Part shown: positions 52,070-61,787 of the stretch, piece by piece
How positions within the stretch are numbered: position 1 is the first letter of the stretch
Layout: each line of letters begins with the position of its first letter
From: Candidatus Poribacteria bacterium
GTDB taxonomy: Bacteria > Poribacteria > WGA-4E > WGA-3G
Length of the DNA stretch: 64,000 nt
Assembly (NCBI GenBank): GCA_965214095.1
Contig: OZ243938.1
Location: forward strand, 1,440,001-1,504,000
Direction: 5' to 3'
Position numbers and translations under genes: made by a program
Notes under the pieces: model-generated
Database searches by the model: none
What the model was told of the DNA's origin: nothing
What the model saw: the letters and a program-made list of their open reading frames with translations, nothing else

Positions 52070-52262
52070 GCCGCTTCCTTCCAACAGAGATGGTGGATTT
52101 CTTATGTGTCCATGATACTCTTATTCTTGTTGTTTGTCAATGATGTTTGTAACTCTGGCAGGGTTATTTATAGTAAAGTTTAGAATTAAGAAGACATTTC
52201 AATGTGCTTGTTTCAAAATGAGCAGCCCCAGCGGGGCGACAGGTGTATAGAAAAATGTACCC

Positions 52263-52433
52263 CACAAGCGTCAATTTAGCATCCTTCCAAGTACCGGTAG
52301 GTTCGGTTTCCTAACCGAACCGTATTTGTGCCAAATACCTTTATAGAGGTTCTCGCACAGGTTCCGTGCGGTTAGGAAACCGCACCTACCGGCCTGGGGA
52401 AAACGCCTAATTTACACTAAATTGACGCCTATG
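52263..52433. mobile_element. 171-bp IS4-ended MITE with an internal inverted REP-A pair; 20-bp flanking direct repeat (18/20)
   Basis: Ends CACAAGCGTCAATTTA/TAAATTGACGCCTATG; flanks GTGTATAGAAAAATGTACCC and GTGTATAGAAAACTGTGCCC. Confidence 0.88.
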
Positions 52434-52640
52434 GTGTATAGAAAACTGTGCCCCGACCAATGCAAGTCCCAGCGGGGCAGCATGCGCGTGTGGCATGCTG
52501 CATGAGGTGTATCATTGAAGAAATAGATATGATGACTGTGATACTCCTTGTCCAGAGCACTGTTCAAGTCCTCAAAAAACTGTCCAAACTATAGTAAAGT
52601 TAAGAGGCTGGATCGAACTCGTCACTGGATTTATTGATTC

Positions 52641-52830
52641 TTGTCTGAACCAGGATTTACAGGATTTACAGATCAACGGTATGAATGCGCGTGTGGCATT
52701 CCCCGGGATAAGCGTCTGAAACATCAAAGTGCCATCCAGAGAATAAACGCCAAATTGGGGATAAGAACTTTGCAGAGCCAAACTCATAATCCTGAAAATC
52801 TAAAAATCCTGAAAATCCTGGTTCAGACAA
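52641..52830. mobile_element. MITE M6, 190 bp
   Basis: Perfect 18-bp TIR TTGTCTGAACCAGGATTT/AAATCCTGGTTCAGACAA. Confidence 0.8.
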
Positions 52831-52915
52831 ATAGGACTAAAAACATCTTAATTTCTCTTGCCATTGTTCCTAAATTTGATTATACTATAACCTAACTTAT
52901 ACATTCATATTTAAT

Positions 52916-53917
52916 TGAACTCATAGCGAGTAACATCTAAGCATCGTTGAAAGTTGCTCGAAAATTTATCATTGAATATGCTAAATTACGAAAACCTAAA
53001 CGTGTTTCTTTGAGTTTATCATAACTTAGAACGAGTCTTCGGTAAGTATCTTGCCACCCGAAAGTTCGCTCTACTTTATACCGGTCTTTGTATATATCTT
53101 TTCTAAACCACCGGAACTTGCGAGCGATAGCGATAGGTTCTTTAGTGTTTCGTTTGTTAGGGTAGATCACTGGGATCAGTCCTTGTTCTTTAATAATCTT
53201 ATGATTCACCTTGGAATCAAAACCAGAATCCAGCGTTAGCGCGGAACCATCAAGTGCCATGCCAATCCGATTGCTGAAGGAGATGAGTTCGGTCAATGCC
53301 TCGGGCAAAATCGTTGTATCATGTTGGTTCACTGGTTTGAGGGTTATTGGACCAATGATAAAACCTTTATTGTCGGTGATAGCCACCTCTTTTTCACCTT
53401 TTTGATGTTTATGACCTGAATACCCTATGGTGTCACCCCTTTTTTTACAACAGTGTTTGAACCATCACCATGTAAACAAGAGGTGTCAAGTTGATCACTA
53501 TCATGAAGATGTATGACAGATGCTTCAAAAAGTTTCTCATAAGAACCATCTTTTGACCAACGATTATGCCATTTATAGACGTTAGACCAATGGAGTTCAT
53601 TACGCCGTGTGCGGAGTTGATCCCATTGAATACCGGTATGTAAAACATAGAGGATATAGTTGAATATCTTATAGAAAGACAGTTTCGGTTTGGGACCTTT
53701 TATGCGTTTCTTTAGATGAGGTTTGATATAACGATTAAAATCCTTACGTGAAACCTGCTTCGGAATACCATTGTATCTGAGGGGCTCTTGAACCTTGTCT
53801 GCCATAACAACACCTTTCAATAAGTTATAGATATATGAAGTGAAAGAATAGGACATAAATAAACTCTTGTGTTTCCCTATTATATAGCATTATTATGTTT
53901 TACTCAATATGAGTTCA
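52916..53917 (-). mobile_element. IS5-family element (~1.0 kb); transposase in two ORFs (53425-53805 and 52937-~53440) joined by a -1 frameshift
   Basis: TIR TGAACTCATAnnGAGTAA; LHTGIQW, HGDGS, LDSGFDS and YKDRYKVERTFGW motifs; A7G4 slippery run at 53436-53446. Confidence 0.88.
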
Positions 53918-53932
53918 TTTAAAAGGAATGAG

Positions 53933-54682
53933 ATGTACTCTGTTGACAAATTAAAATTAAAAGATTTACCTAAAGATGAACGTCCCAGAGAACGACTTTA
54001 CAAACACGGTCCATCACAACTAAAAACTTCAGAACTGATCGCACTCATTCTCAAAAGCGGCTACAAAGGCACAACTGCTATTGAACTCGGTGAACGAATA
54101 CTTGCAGAGTATAATAGTGATCTAAAACGGATGGCTGAAAACCGTCCTAAACAATTTGAATCCATCAAAGGCATTGGTGCTGCCAAAGCGGCACAACTTG
54201 CCGCTGCTTTTGAATTGGGAAGACGTTTAGCGCGTTCACATGCTGAACGAGTGAAGATTTCCTCGCCGAGCGATGTTGCCGACCTATTGATGCCACTGAT
54301 GCGAGATCTCAGAAAAGAAGTTGTCTGTGTGATGTGCCTTGACACGAAAGGTGGTATCACCACGCAGGGAATTGCTGGTGACTCCGATAACGAAATTCAG
54401 TGGGGCAAAAGACTACTGTCTGAAGAAAATGTATTTCAGGGAACTTTAAACTCAAGCGTATTTCATCCCAGAGAGATTTTCCGCTTTGCCATTGAGGAAT
54501 CCGCAAACTCCATAGTCTTAGCACATAACCACCCTTCTGGTGACCCACAACCGAGCCAAGAAGATATTCGTGCTACCAAACAACTGATCGAAGCTGGCGA
54601 TTATGTTGGCATCAAAGTGTTAGATCACATCATTATCGGTGATGGTATATTTTACAGCTTGAAAGAGGAAGGTGTTATATAG
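53933..54682 (+). CDS. radC: RadC (JAB domain) protein
   Basis: ERPRERL, GIGAAKA, FHPREIF, AHNHPSGD..PS.ED and LDHIIIG motifs. Confidence 0.93.
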   Translation: MYSVDKLKLKDLPKDERPRERLYKHGPSQLKTSELIALILKSGYKGTTAIELGERILAEYNSDLKRMAENRPKQFESIKGIGAAKAAQLAAAFELGRRLARSHAERVKISSPSDVADLLMPLMRDLRKEVVCVMCLDTKGGITTQGIAGDSDNEIQWGKRLLSEENVFQGTLNSSVFHPREIFRFAIEESANSIVLAHNHPSGDPQPSQEDIRATKQLIEAGDYVGIKVLDHIIIGDGIFYSLKEEGVI

Positions 54683-55412
54683 CAGAACGTTGTCTGAGAA
54701 CTTCATACAACAGAACTCCAGTTGTGACAGATACATTCAACGTTTGTATTTTACCTAACATCGGGAGATGTACGAGGTAGTCACATTTTTGTTTGACAAG
54801 TCTTCGTATACCATCACCCTCATTACCCAAGACGATACACAACGGCACAGTGAAGTCAGCCGAAGTATAGGACATTTCAGCATCCTCATCTGTGCCAACT
54901 ATCCATATACCGTTCCCCTTTAGTTTCTCAATGGTTTGTGCGAGATTTGTCACCTTTGAAATTGGGGTGTACTCTGTGCTGCCTGCTGCTGCTTTGTGAA
55001 CGGAAGCAGTAATATCAACGGAGTTGTTTTTGGGAATTAGCACACCATCTGCATCGGTCGCGTTAGCAGTTCGAATGATCGCGCCTAAATTTCTCGGATC
55101 ATGTATCTGGTCTAACATGATTAGAACCGCAGGGGTATTCTCTTTCTTCCGAACATTCTCAAGAAGTGTTGGTAACGCTGTGTACCGGAACCCACTGATG
55201 TGTGCTATGACACCTTGATGGTTTGGGTGAAGTTTGTCAAGATAATGTCTTGGATGCCGTTGATACGGAATATCTTTCCGAGCCGCAGCATCAATTATCT
55301 GACGAAGACGAGGATGTTCATTGTCTTTAACGATTAGTATCGTTTCTACCTGCCTTGCACCGCTTCGGAGTGCTTCCATAACCGGATTTCTACCTACAAT
55401 CATATCTGGCAT
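54675..55412 (-). CDS. rlmB: 23S rRNA Gm2251 methyltransferase (TrmH/SpoU family)
   Basis: GRNPVMEAL, HQGV, DPRNLGAIIRTA, GNEGDGIR and LNVSV motifs. Confidence 0.92.
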   Translation of the reverse strand: MPDMIVGRNPVMEALRSGARQVETILIVKDNEHPRLRQIIDAAARKDIPYQRHPRHYLDKLHPNHQGVIAHISGFRYTALPTLLENVRKKENTPAVLIMLDQIHDPRNLGAIIRTANATDADGVLIPKNNSVDITASVHKAAAGSTEYTPISKVTNLAQTIEKLKGNGIWIVGTDEDAEMSYTSADFTVPLCIVLGNEGDGIRRLVKQKCDYLVHLPMLGKIQTLNVSVTTGVLLYEVLRQRSAI

Positions 55413-55437
55413 AGAGGCATGTCTCCCGCACTACATT

Positions 55438-55575
55438 TATAGTAAAAACCATAATTATTTACACACGATGGTAGGTTCGGTTTCCTAACCGAACCGGTGT
55501 TTGTTCAGTCTCATTGATGCGGTTAGGAAACCGCATCTACCGGGGAGTGTGCACGTGTTTTTACATTTCACTATA
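55438..55575. mobile_element. MITE M1 copy with REP-A pair
   Basis: Matches 5607-5744. Confidence 0.82.
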
Positions 55576-55598
55576 AAGTGTGTTTGGTTTATAAGAAA

Positions 55599-55838
55599 CT
55601 AATCTCCACGGACGAATTTGACATCGGGTCCGCGCGGTGTAATCTTTATATCAGGATCGTCAATTTGACACTGAACACAAGTAATATCTCCAACATTTGC
55701 ATTTTCCATGCGTGGGGCAAGTTTTCCTAATTTGAATGCGAACTTCATCATTTCATCTGCTGGAATTTCACCTGCACAGTTACTGCACGGAATCGCTTCA
55801 CCTGCTTTAAGTTTCTCTAAGAGTTCTGATGCTTTCAT
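55599..55838 (-). CDS. Small putative zinc-binding protein
   Basis: CSNC...CVQC; AGGAG RBS. Confidence 0.6.
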   Translation of the reverse strand: MKASELLEKLKAGEAIPCSNCAGEIPADEMMKFAFKLGKLAPRMENANVGDITCVQCQIDDPDIKITPRGPDVKFVRGD

Positions 55839-55912
55839 AATTATCGTTTCTCCTATACAAAACATGCTTGTTGATCAAATGAGTCTATATGTAAGAATCT
55901 GGAGACTCCACG

Positions 55913-57781
55913 CTATCCAAGGAAATACCGCTCTTTCTGCTTCGCTTTTTGATACTCTTGGAATGCCTGTTTTGCACTCTCTACTTCTGACACCTCCGCA
56001 ACGGGAACATCCCACCACGATTCATATTGCGGCACCCTTGTGTCATAATCCACATCTATTTTGACAACGGTTGTGCGATCAGCATCACGAGCATCTTGCA
56101 AGGCATTCTTTAATTCCTGTGGAGTTGCAACCTCAATGACATTAGCACCGAGACTTTCTGCATTCGCCGCAAGGTCAACCGGTAATATATCACCTTTAAG
56201 TTCTCCTGTGTTATCATCACGATATCGGAATCGAGTTGCAAACCCTTGTGCACCCGTTGCCTCCGACAAACCTCCGATGCTGCTGTGTCCATCGTTATTT
56301 ATCAGCACAATAATCAATTTATAGTCTTCCTGAATTGAGGTGATAATCTCCTGTGCCAACATCAGATATGAACCGTCTCCGACAAGGACATAGACATCAC
56401 GCGTTGGATCCGCCATTTTGATACCTAAGCCACCAGCGATTTCATACCCCATGCAGGAGTAACCGTACTCAAGATGGAATTGCTTTGGATTACGTGTCCG
56501 CCATAGTTTGTGGAGATCCCCTGGTAGACTTCCCGCTGCACAGACAACGACATCTTCTGGTCGCGAAAATGCGTTAACAACACCGATGACTTCACTCTGA
56601 CTTGGTAATGGTCGGTTATCCAGATGAAACAACCTTTCTACTTCTTCATGCCAAGCATCTCGGTAGTTTTCAATTTGTGCCGCATAGTCACTATTTATAC
56701 GATATGTTCCAACAGCATTAGATAGTTCAGTAAGTGTGACACGAGCATCTGCGACTAACGGTAAAGCTGCATGTTTCGCTGCATCAAAATCAGCAATGTT
56801 GATGTTGATAAACCGAACATTCGGATTTTGAAAGGCTGTTTTTGATGCCGTAGTGAAGTCACTCAGACGGGTTCCAATAGCGATGACCAAATCTGCATCA
56901 CGGGCAGCGATATTGGCACCCGGTGTGCCAGTCGCACCAACAGCACCCAAGTTTTGCGGATGGTCATACCGAAGCGAACCTTTTCCAGCAAATGTTTCAC
57001 CGACTGGAATGCCGATTTGTTCCACGAATTCTGCTAACTGTTCTGTTGCCTCACTGTAGATGACTCCACCACCAGCAATAATCAAAGGTTTTTCACTCTT
57101 TGATATCCATGCAACTGCTTGTTTGAACAGCCCCTCATCTGCACGCGGTCTTGGAATAGAATAAACCCGTTTTTCAAATAGTCGTTCAGGATAGTCGAAT
57201 GCTTCCGCTTGAACATCTTGGGGTAAGGCTAAAGTCACAGTCCCTGTTTCCGCTTGTGATGTGAGAACACGCATCGCCTCCGGTAAGGCAGTGATAATTT
57301 GTTCAGGACGATTGATACGATCCCAATAGCGAGAAACTGGTTTGAAACAATCGTTGACAGAGAAGTCTTGTGAATTCGGAGATTCTAACTGCTGCAGCAC
57401 AGGCGCGACTAAACGCGTTGAGAAAATATCACCCGGCAATAACAGAATGGGAAGTCGATTTATTGTTGCACCCGCAGCCCCAGTAAGCATATTCGTTGCC
57501 CCCGGTCCGATAGATGATGTACAAGCAAATGTACTGAGACGATTACTCATTTTTGCGTAAGCGGCAGCAGTATGTACCATAGATTGTTCGTTACGTGTTT
57601 GATAAAAACGAAACTCATCCGAATATTGATGCAATGCTTGACCGATACCTGCTACATTCCCATGTCCGAATATCCCAAACATGCCTGCGAAAAATGCTCG
57701 CTCATTTCCATCACGTTCAACATATTGTTGAGTAAGAAATTGAACTACCGCTTGCCCCATTGTTTGTTTACGCGTTTTCAT
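55913..57781 (-). CDS. iolD: THcHDO hydrolase (myo-inositol catabolism, TPP-dependent)
   Basis: GIFGHGNVAG, RNEQSMVH, HLEYGYSCMGYE, GDGSYLM and SWWDVPV motifs. Confidence 0.96.
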   Translation of the reverse strand: MKTRKQTMGQAVVQFLTQQYVERDGNERAFFAGMFGIFGHGNVAGIGQALHQYSDEFRFYQTRNEQSMVHTAAAYAKMSNRLSTFACTSSIGPGATNMLTGAAGATINRLPILLLPGDIFSTRLVAPVLQQLESPNSQDFSVNDCFKPVSRYWDRINRPEQIITALPEAMRVLTSQAETGTVTLALPQDVQAEAFDYPERLFEKRVYSIPRPRADEGLFKQAVAWISKSEKPLIIAGGGVIYSEATEQLAEFVEQIGIPVGETFAGKGSLRYDHPQNLGAVGATGTPGANIAARDADLVIAIGTRLSDFTTASKTAFQNPNVRFININIADFDAAKHAALPLVADARVTLTELSNAVGTYRINSDYAAQIENYRDAWHEEVERLFHLDNRPLPSQSEVIGVVNAFSRPEDVVVCAAGSLPGDLHKLWRTRNPKQFHLEYGYSCMGYEIAGGLGIKMADPTRDVYVLVGDGSYLMLAQEIITSIQEDYKLIIVLINNDGHSSIGGLSEATGAQGFATRFRYRDDNTGELKGDILPVDLAANAESLGANVIEVATPQELKNALQDARDADRTTVVKIDVDYDTRVPQYESWWDVPVAEVSEVESAKQAFQEYQKAKQKERYFLG

Positions 57782-57812
57782 AGTATTCTACCTCTAAGTT
57801 GCTCAGTTATAA

Positions 57813-58823
57813 TTATAATCCACCCTTTTGTTCCACAAAGTCGTTAACTTCAGGCATTGTAGGCATAAAGTTTGCACAACCGTGTCGCGTGACAACAATC
57901 GCACCCGTTGCATTACCAAGTCTTGCTGATTTTTGCCAGTCCCACCCGTTTAAGATTCCGTAGATGAAACCGCTGGCAAAGGCATCACCTGCACCAAGTG
58001 TATTGTAGATTTCAACTGGAAAGGGTGGCGCGTGAATAACTTTTCCATCCTTCAAATGAATGTCAGCACCATCGCTACCACGTTTTACGACTAATGCCTT
58101 TGGTCCGGCATTTAGAATGTTTGCGATTGCAGCGTTCATATCTCCTTCAATATTTGGATTTGAGATCTGAGAATCCTCAACTGAAACTTGCGAGACTTCT
58201 GTAAGTGATGCAGCCTTAATCTCCTCTTCTGTTCCGATTGCGATGTCAATGTTACGCAATGCTAATCTTATATTTATGCCATAAGCGCGCGGATCATGCC
58301 ACTGGTCAGCACGAAAATCCAAATCCAAGAACACTTGCCGTTCCATACATTTCGCTTGTTCTGCTGCAAACAGTGTTGCACTCCGACTCGGTTCTTTGCT
58401 GAGACCTGTGCCTGAAATCAACACAGCACGACTATCTACTATTGGAGATGCAATCACATCATCAATTGTCAATTCAATATCTGCACAATTGTCACGATAA
58501 TAGATGAGGGGGAATTTATCAGGTGGTTCAATTCCGAGAACGACAGCACTCGTACGATAACCAGGTTTCTTGATAATAAACCGTGTTTCAACTTTCTCGT
58601 CGTTCAAAAACTTTAATAGGAATTCACCTACTGGATCATCCCCTATCGCAGTCAGAAGGATTGATCGTAATCCAAGCCGTCGTGTCCCCACACTGATATT
58701 GGTAGGACACCCACCAACGAATGCTCCAAAACTCGTAATTTCTGGAAACGGAGTTCCGACATCGTTAGAATATAGGTCTATTGAACTTCTTCCGATGGCA
58801 AGAATATCATACTTTTGTTCCAT
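57813..58823 (-). CDS. iolC: 5-dehydro-2-deoxygluconokinase (PfkB family)
   Basis: IGRSSIDLY, GGCPTN, DLDFR and GAGDAFASG motifs; adjacent to iolD. Confidence 0.93.
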   Translation of the reverse strand: MEQKYDILAIGRSSIDLYSNDVGTPFPEITSFGAFVGGCPTNISVGTRRLGLRSILLTAIGDDPVGEFLLKFLNDEKVETRFIIKKPGYRTSAVVLGIEPPDKFPLIYYRDNCADIELTIDDVIASPIVDSRAVLISGTGLSKEPSRSATLFAAEQAKCMERQVFLDLDFRADQWHDPRAYGINIRLALRNIDIAIGTEEEIKAASLTEVSQVSVEDSQISNPNIEGDMNAAIANILNAGPKALVVKRGSDGADIHLKDGKVIHAPPFPVEIYNTLGAGDAFASGFIYGILNGWDWQKSARLGNATGAIVVTRHGCANFMPTMPEVNDFVEQKGGL

Positions 58824-58890
58824 TCACTACCCAATTAAGTTAAACCTTAGGTTCAGCTAATACCCTTAACCGGGTATTTCACACAAGCAC

Positions 58891-60882
58891 TCATCCTACA
58901 TTCTCTTTCTGAATTTGATTGACTAATTTTTGTGCTTCCTTGACTGCCCGTGGAGGATTTTGCAATTTCTCACCGATAGAAATAATTCGGAGATAATGGT
59001 CGTAAGCAGTTTGGAGATCACCCAGGAGATGAGCACTTTCTGCTGTATTGAAATAGCAGACAGTTGCCGAAGCTTCACATTTTTCAACATCTATGTTAAG
59101 TTGAGCGTAGCGATAATTATCTGCAGCGAGAATGTAAGATTTGCCTGCCTCTGTCCAAGCGCGTTGCATTTCTAACTGACGTGCAAGATGGACATAATAC
59201 ACCGCCCCATACCGGGCATATTTCCTTGCTGTTCGGGGGGTATCAGCTGCAGCGTATGAGAATCTTGCACGCGTATAGCAATTGGCTACAAGTTCCGCTT
59301 CATTCATTTTCATGAACTTTTTGGCATATCTGTTGTAGAACGCTCCAAGCCTCTTGTATTGTCTCTGACATTGATGTTGTTTATCTTGCTGAGTATAAAT
59401 CTGTGCTTGCTGATAGATATAAGCCGCTTCTTCTTCATGTGGATATTGTATATCTTCATGAACTTTATCCAATAGAAATTCAGGTGATGCTTCTTCAATT
59501 AGAACACGGTAATCACTTGTGGAATGGATTTGGTCTATCGACGGATAGGGTTTAATAATATCTTCTTGATGTATCTCTTGGTCATACATCTCATCTGACC
59601 GTATGATTTCATCCGATTCAAATGGTTCAACGTGAATGGTCAATTCATCAATAAGTTGAGATTTATCTGCCTCTGATAACGTTGCAATCATATCAATGAT
59701 TTTTTCAATACTTGAATGATTGGAATCTGGAACAACCGCACTCATTTCCCTGAACAGAATATCGGCTTGTTCAACAAGTTCTTCATCTTGAAAATAGAAT
59801 TTATGTGCTTTATGAAGTTCCTGGAGAGTTGCGTCAATATCTCTGTTACGGGCATAATTTATTGCATCTGTGTAGTGCTGCTGAAGTCGAATCTTAAGTT
59901 TTTCACGATTCTCCTTTTCAACTTTGTTCCGTAATTCGAAGAAAAGGGTTTGGTTAATGCGCTCTGCGACATCAATTTGCAATTTAAAAGTTTTCCTAAA
60001 TCGTTCAAGTGCCCTTGCTAAGTCGGTAGCAGGTGAATCAGCACTATCAGCAATTAATGCTTCCGCTTGCTGTTCGTATTGCCAGCTGCGGATACGGTCC
60101 AGTTCATCATACATCTCAGATGCAGTTTGATAGCGTTTATCAACTTCTCTATGTAATGCTTTTAAAAAGAAATTGCGAAAAATCTCTGGACATCTGTCAA
60201 GATTTTCTATATCTCCAGAGGCTTTTTTTCTATCAATTTCATCTGCTTCACCAGTAAAAGGGAACTGTTTGGTAATTGCTTCATAAAGCACCAAACCTGT
60301 GGCATAGAGATCAGCGCGATAATCATAAGCACCATAGTTCTGTTCTGGTGCCATATACCGTCTGGTGCCGGTCATAGTGACTGCAAATTCGGTGGATTCA
60401 CCAAAAATACGGGCTATGCTGAAATCTGCTATTTTCGCGATCTTTTTTGATGTAAGTAATATATTTTGGGGTTTGATATCACGGTGCAAAATATTCTGTG
60501 CATGTGCTGCTTTTAGTCCATTGCAGATATCTATACCAATATTGAGGACATCATTTAATGTCAAATCCCCTTGTTGAACGAGTTGATGTAAGTTCTTTCC
60601 TTCAATAAATTCCATAACTATCCAAGCAAGATAGTCATCTTTGCCGGGTTCAACAGTATGGATTGAAACAATGTTTGGATGCCCGGATATATTTGACATC
60701 GCTTGCAGTTCTGTTAAGAGATAACGCATTCTGTCTGCTGGGTAAGCATCTTTGGAAAGTGCTTTGAGAGCAACTATCCGATTCGTCATTTCTTCGCGGG
60801 CACGAAAAACAGACGAAAAACTACCTGAACTCAGGTACTCAAGCAGTCTATATTTACCTAATATTTTTTCGTTAATTTTCAT
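58891..60882 (-). CDS. Hanks-type Ser/Thr protein kinase with a C-terminal helical (TPR/SNAP-like) region
   Basis: VALK, HRDIKPQN, ADFS and GT..YMAPE motifs. Confidence 0.9.
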   Translation of the reverse strand: MKINEKILGKYRLLEYLSSGSFSSVFRAREEMTNRIVALKALSKDAYPADRMRYLLTELQAMSNISGHPNIVSIHTVEPGKDDYLAWIVMEFIEGKNLHQLVQQGDLTLNDVLNIGIDICNGLKAAHAQNILHRDIKPQNILLTSKKIAKIADFSIARIFGESTEFAVTMTGTRRYMAPEQNYGAYDYRADLYATGLVLYEAITKQFPFTGEADEIDRKKASGDIENLDRCPEIFRNFFLKALHREVDKRYQTASEMYDELDRIRSWQYEQQAEALIADSADSPATDLARALERFRKTFKLQIDVAERINQTLFFELRNKVEKENREKLKIRLQQHYTDAINYARNRDIDATLQELHKAHKFYFQDEELVEQADILFREMSAVVPDSNHSSIEKIIDMIATLSEADKSQLIDELTIHVEPFESDEIIRSDEMYDQEIHQEDIIKPYPSIDQIHSTSDYRVLIEEASPEFLLDKVHEDIQYPHEEEAAYIYQQAQIYTQQDKQHQCQRQYKRLGAFYNRYAKKFMKMNEAELVANCYTRARFSYAAADTPRTARKYARYGAVYYVHLARQLEMQRAWTEAGKSYILAADNYRYAQLNIDVEKCEASATVCYFNTAESAHLLGDLQTAYDHYLRIISIGEKLQNPPRAVKEAQKLVNQIQKENVG

Positions 60883-61113
60883 AGCAGAGTACGTCTAATG
60901 ATTGAAGGTGCGTTGAAACTGTCAGGGATATATCGTTCTATCTAATGAAATTAGCAAAAAATGCCTAAACTGTCAACAAAAATTGGTTGAAAAAATAAAT
61001 TAATGTAGATGAAGCACCAATTTATGCACTTTTCAGGTAATAGAGTCGACAAAATTAGCATGAATGACGTATGTTACGGATGAGACGTTTATTATAATAC
61101 TTTTGTTTATCAA

Positions 61114-61755
61114 CTACTTTGCAGATTTAACAGCGGCAACTAAGGTCTTCGCCCTTTCTGTAAGAGTCGAAAAATCTCCAGAATCTATCGTGTCTTGACT
61201 AACAAGAGCACTTCCGACGCCGAGTGCAGATGCACCTGCTTTTATGAATTCCGACGCATTTTCAGCAGTTACACCCCCTGTTGGAATAAGTGGTATTTGT
61301 GGTAAAGGTGCTTTTATATCCTTGATATAGGATGGTCCGACTCCACTTGATGGGAACACTTTTACATAATCCGCGCCTGTTTCCCAGGCACATAAAATCT
61401 CTGTGGGTGTAAATGCCCCTGGTATAACGACATTACCATAGCGATTACAGATTTCAATTATATCTGTTTTCGTAACGGGACTGACGACAAATTCTGCCCC
61501 AGCAAGCATCGCTGCACGCGCAGTCTCTGCATCCAAAACTGACCCAACACCGATCAACACAGTATCCCCTAAACGGTCTGATACATCACCAATAACTTGT
61601 AACGCATCAGGAGTTGTCATTGTTATTTCAATTACATCCACACCTCCGTTTCTTATTGCGACTGCTGTATCAAAAAGTTCCTTTGAACTATTTGCACGAA
61701 TAATCGCGACTATACCACATTCCTCAATACGTTGCATCTGTTCTAATTTTGTCAT
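61114..61755 (-). CDS. eda: KDPG/KHG aldolase
   Basis: VAIIR, IEITMTTP, GAEFVVSP, PGAFTPTE, VKVFP and PTGGV motifs. Confidence 0.93.
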   Translation of the reverse strand: MTKLEQMQRIEECGIVAIIRANSSKELFDTAVAIRNGGVDVIEITMTTPDALQVIGDVSDRLGDTVLIGVGSVLDAETARAAMLAGAEFVVSPVTKTDIIEICNRYGNVVIPGAFTPTEILCAWETGADYVKVFPSSGVGPSYIKDIKAPLPQIPLIPTGGVTAENASEFIKAGASALGVGSALVSQDTIDSGDFSTLTERAKTLVAAVKSAK

Positions 61756-61787
61756 ACGCTGCCTCATTAATCTGATAGCTATCAATC

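Noticed and set aside
53909-53932. Upstream ATG for radC
   Set aside because: It lies inside the IS5 terminal repeat; ATG 53933 has an AAGGA RBS.
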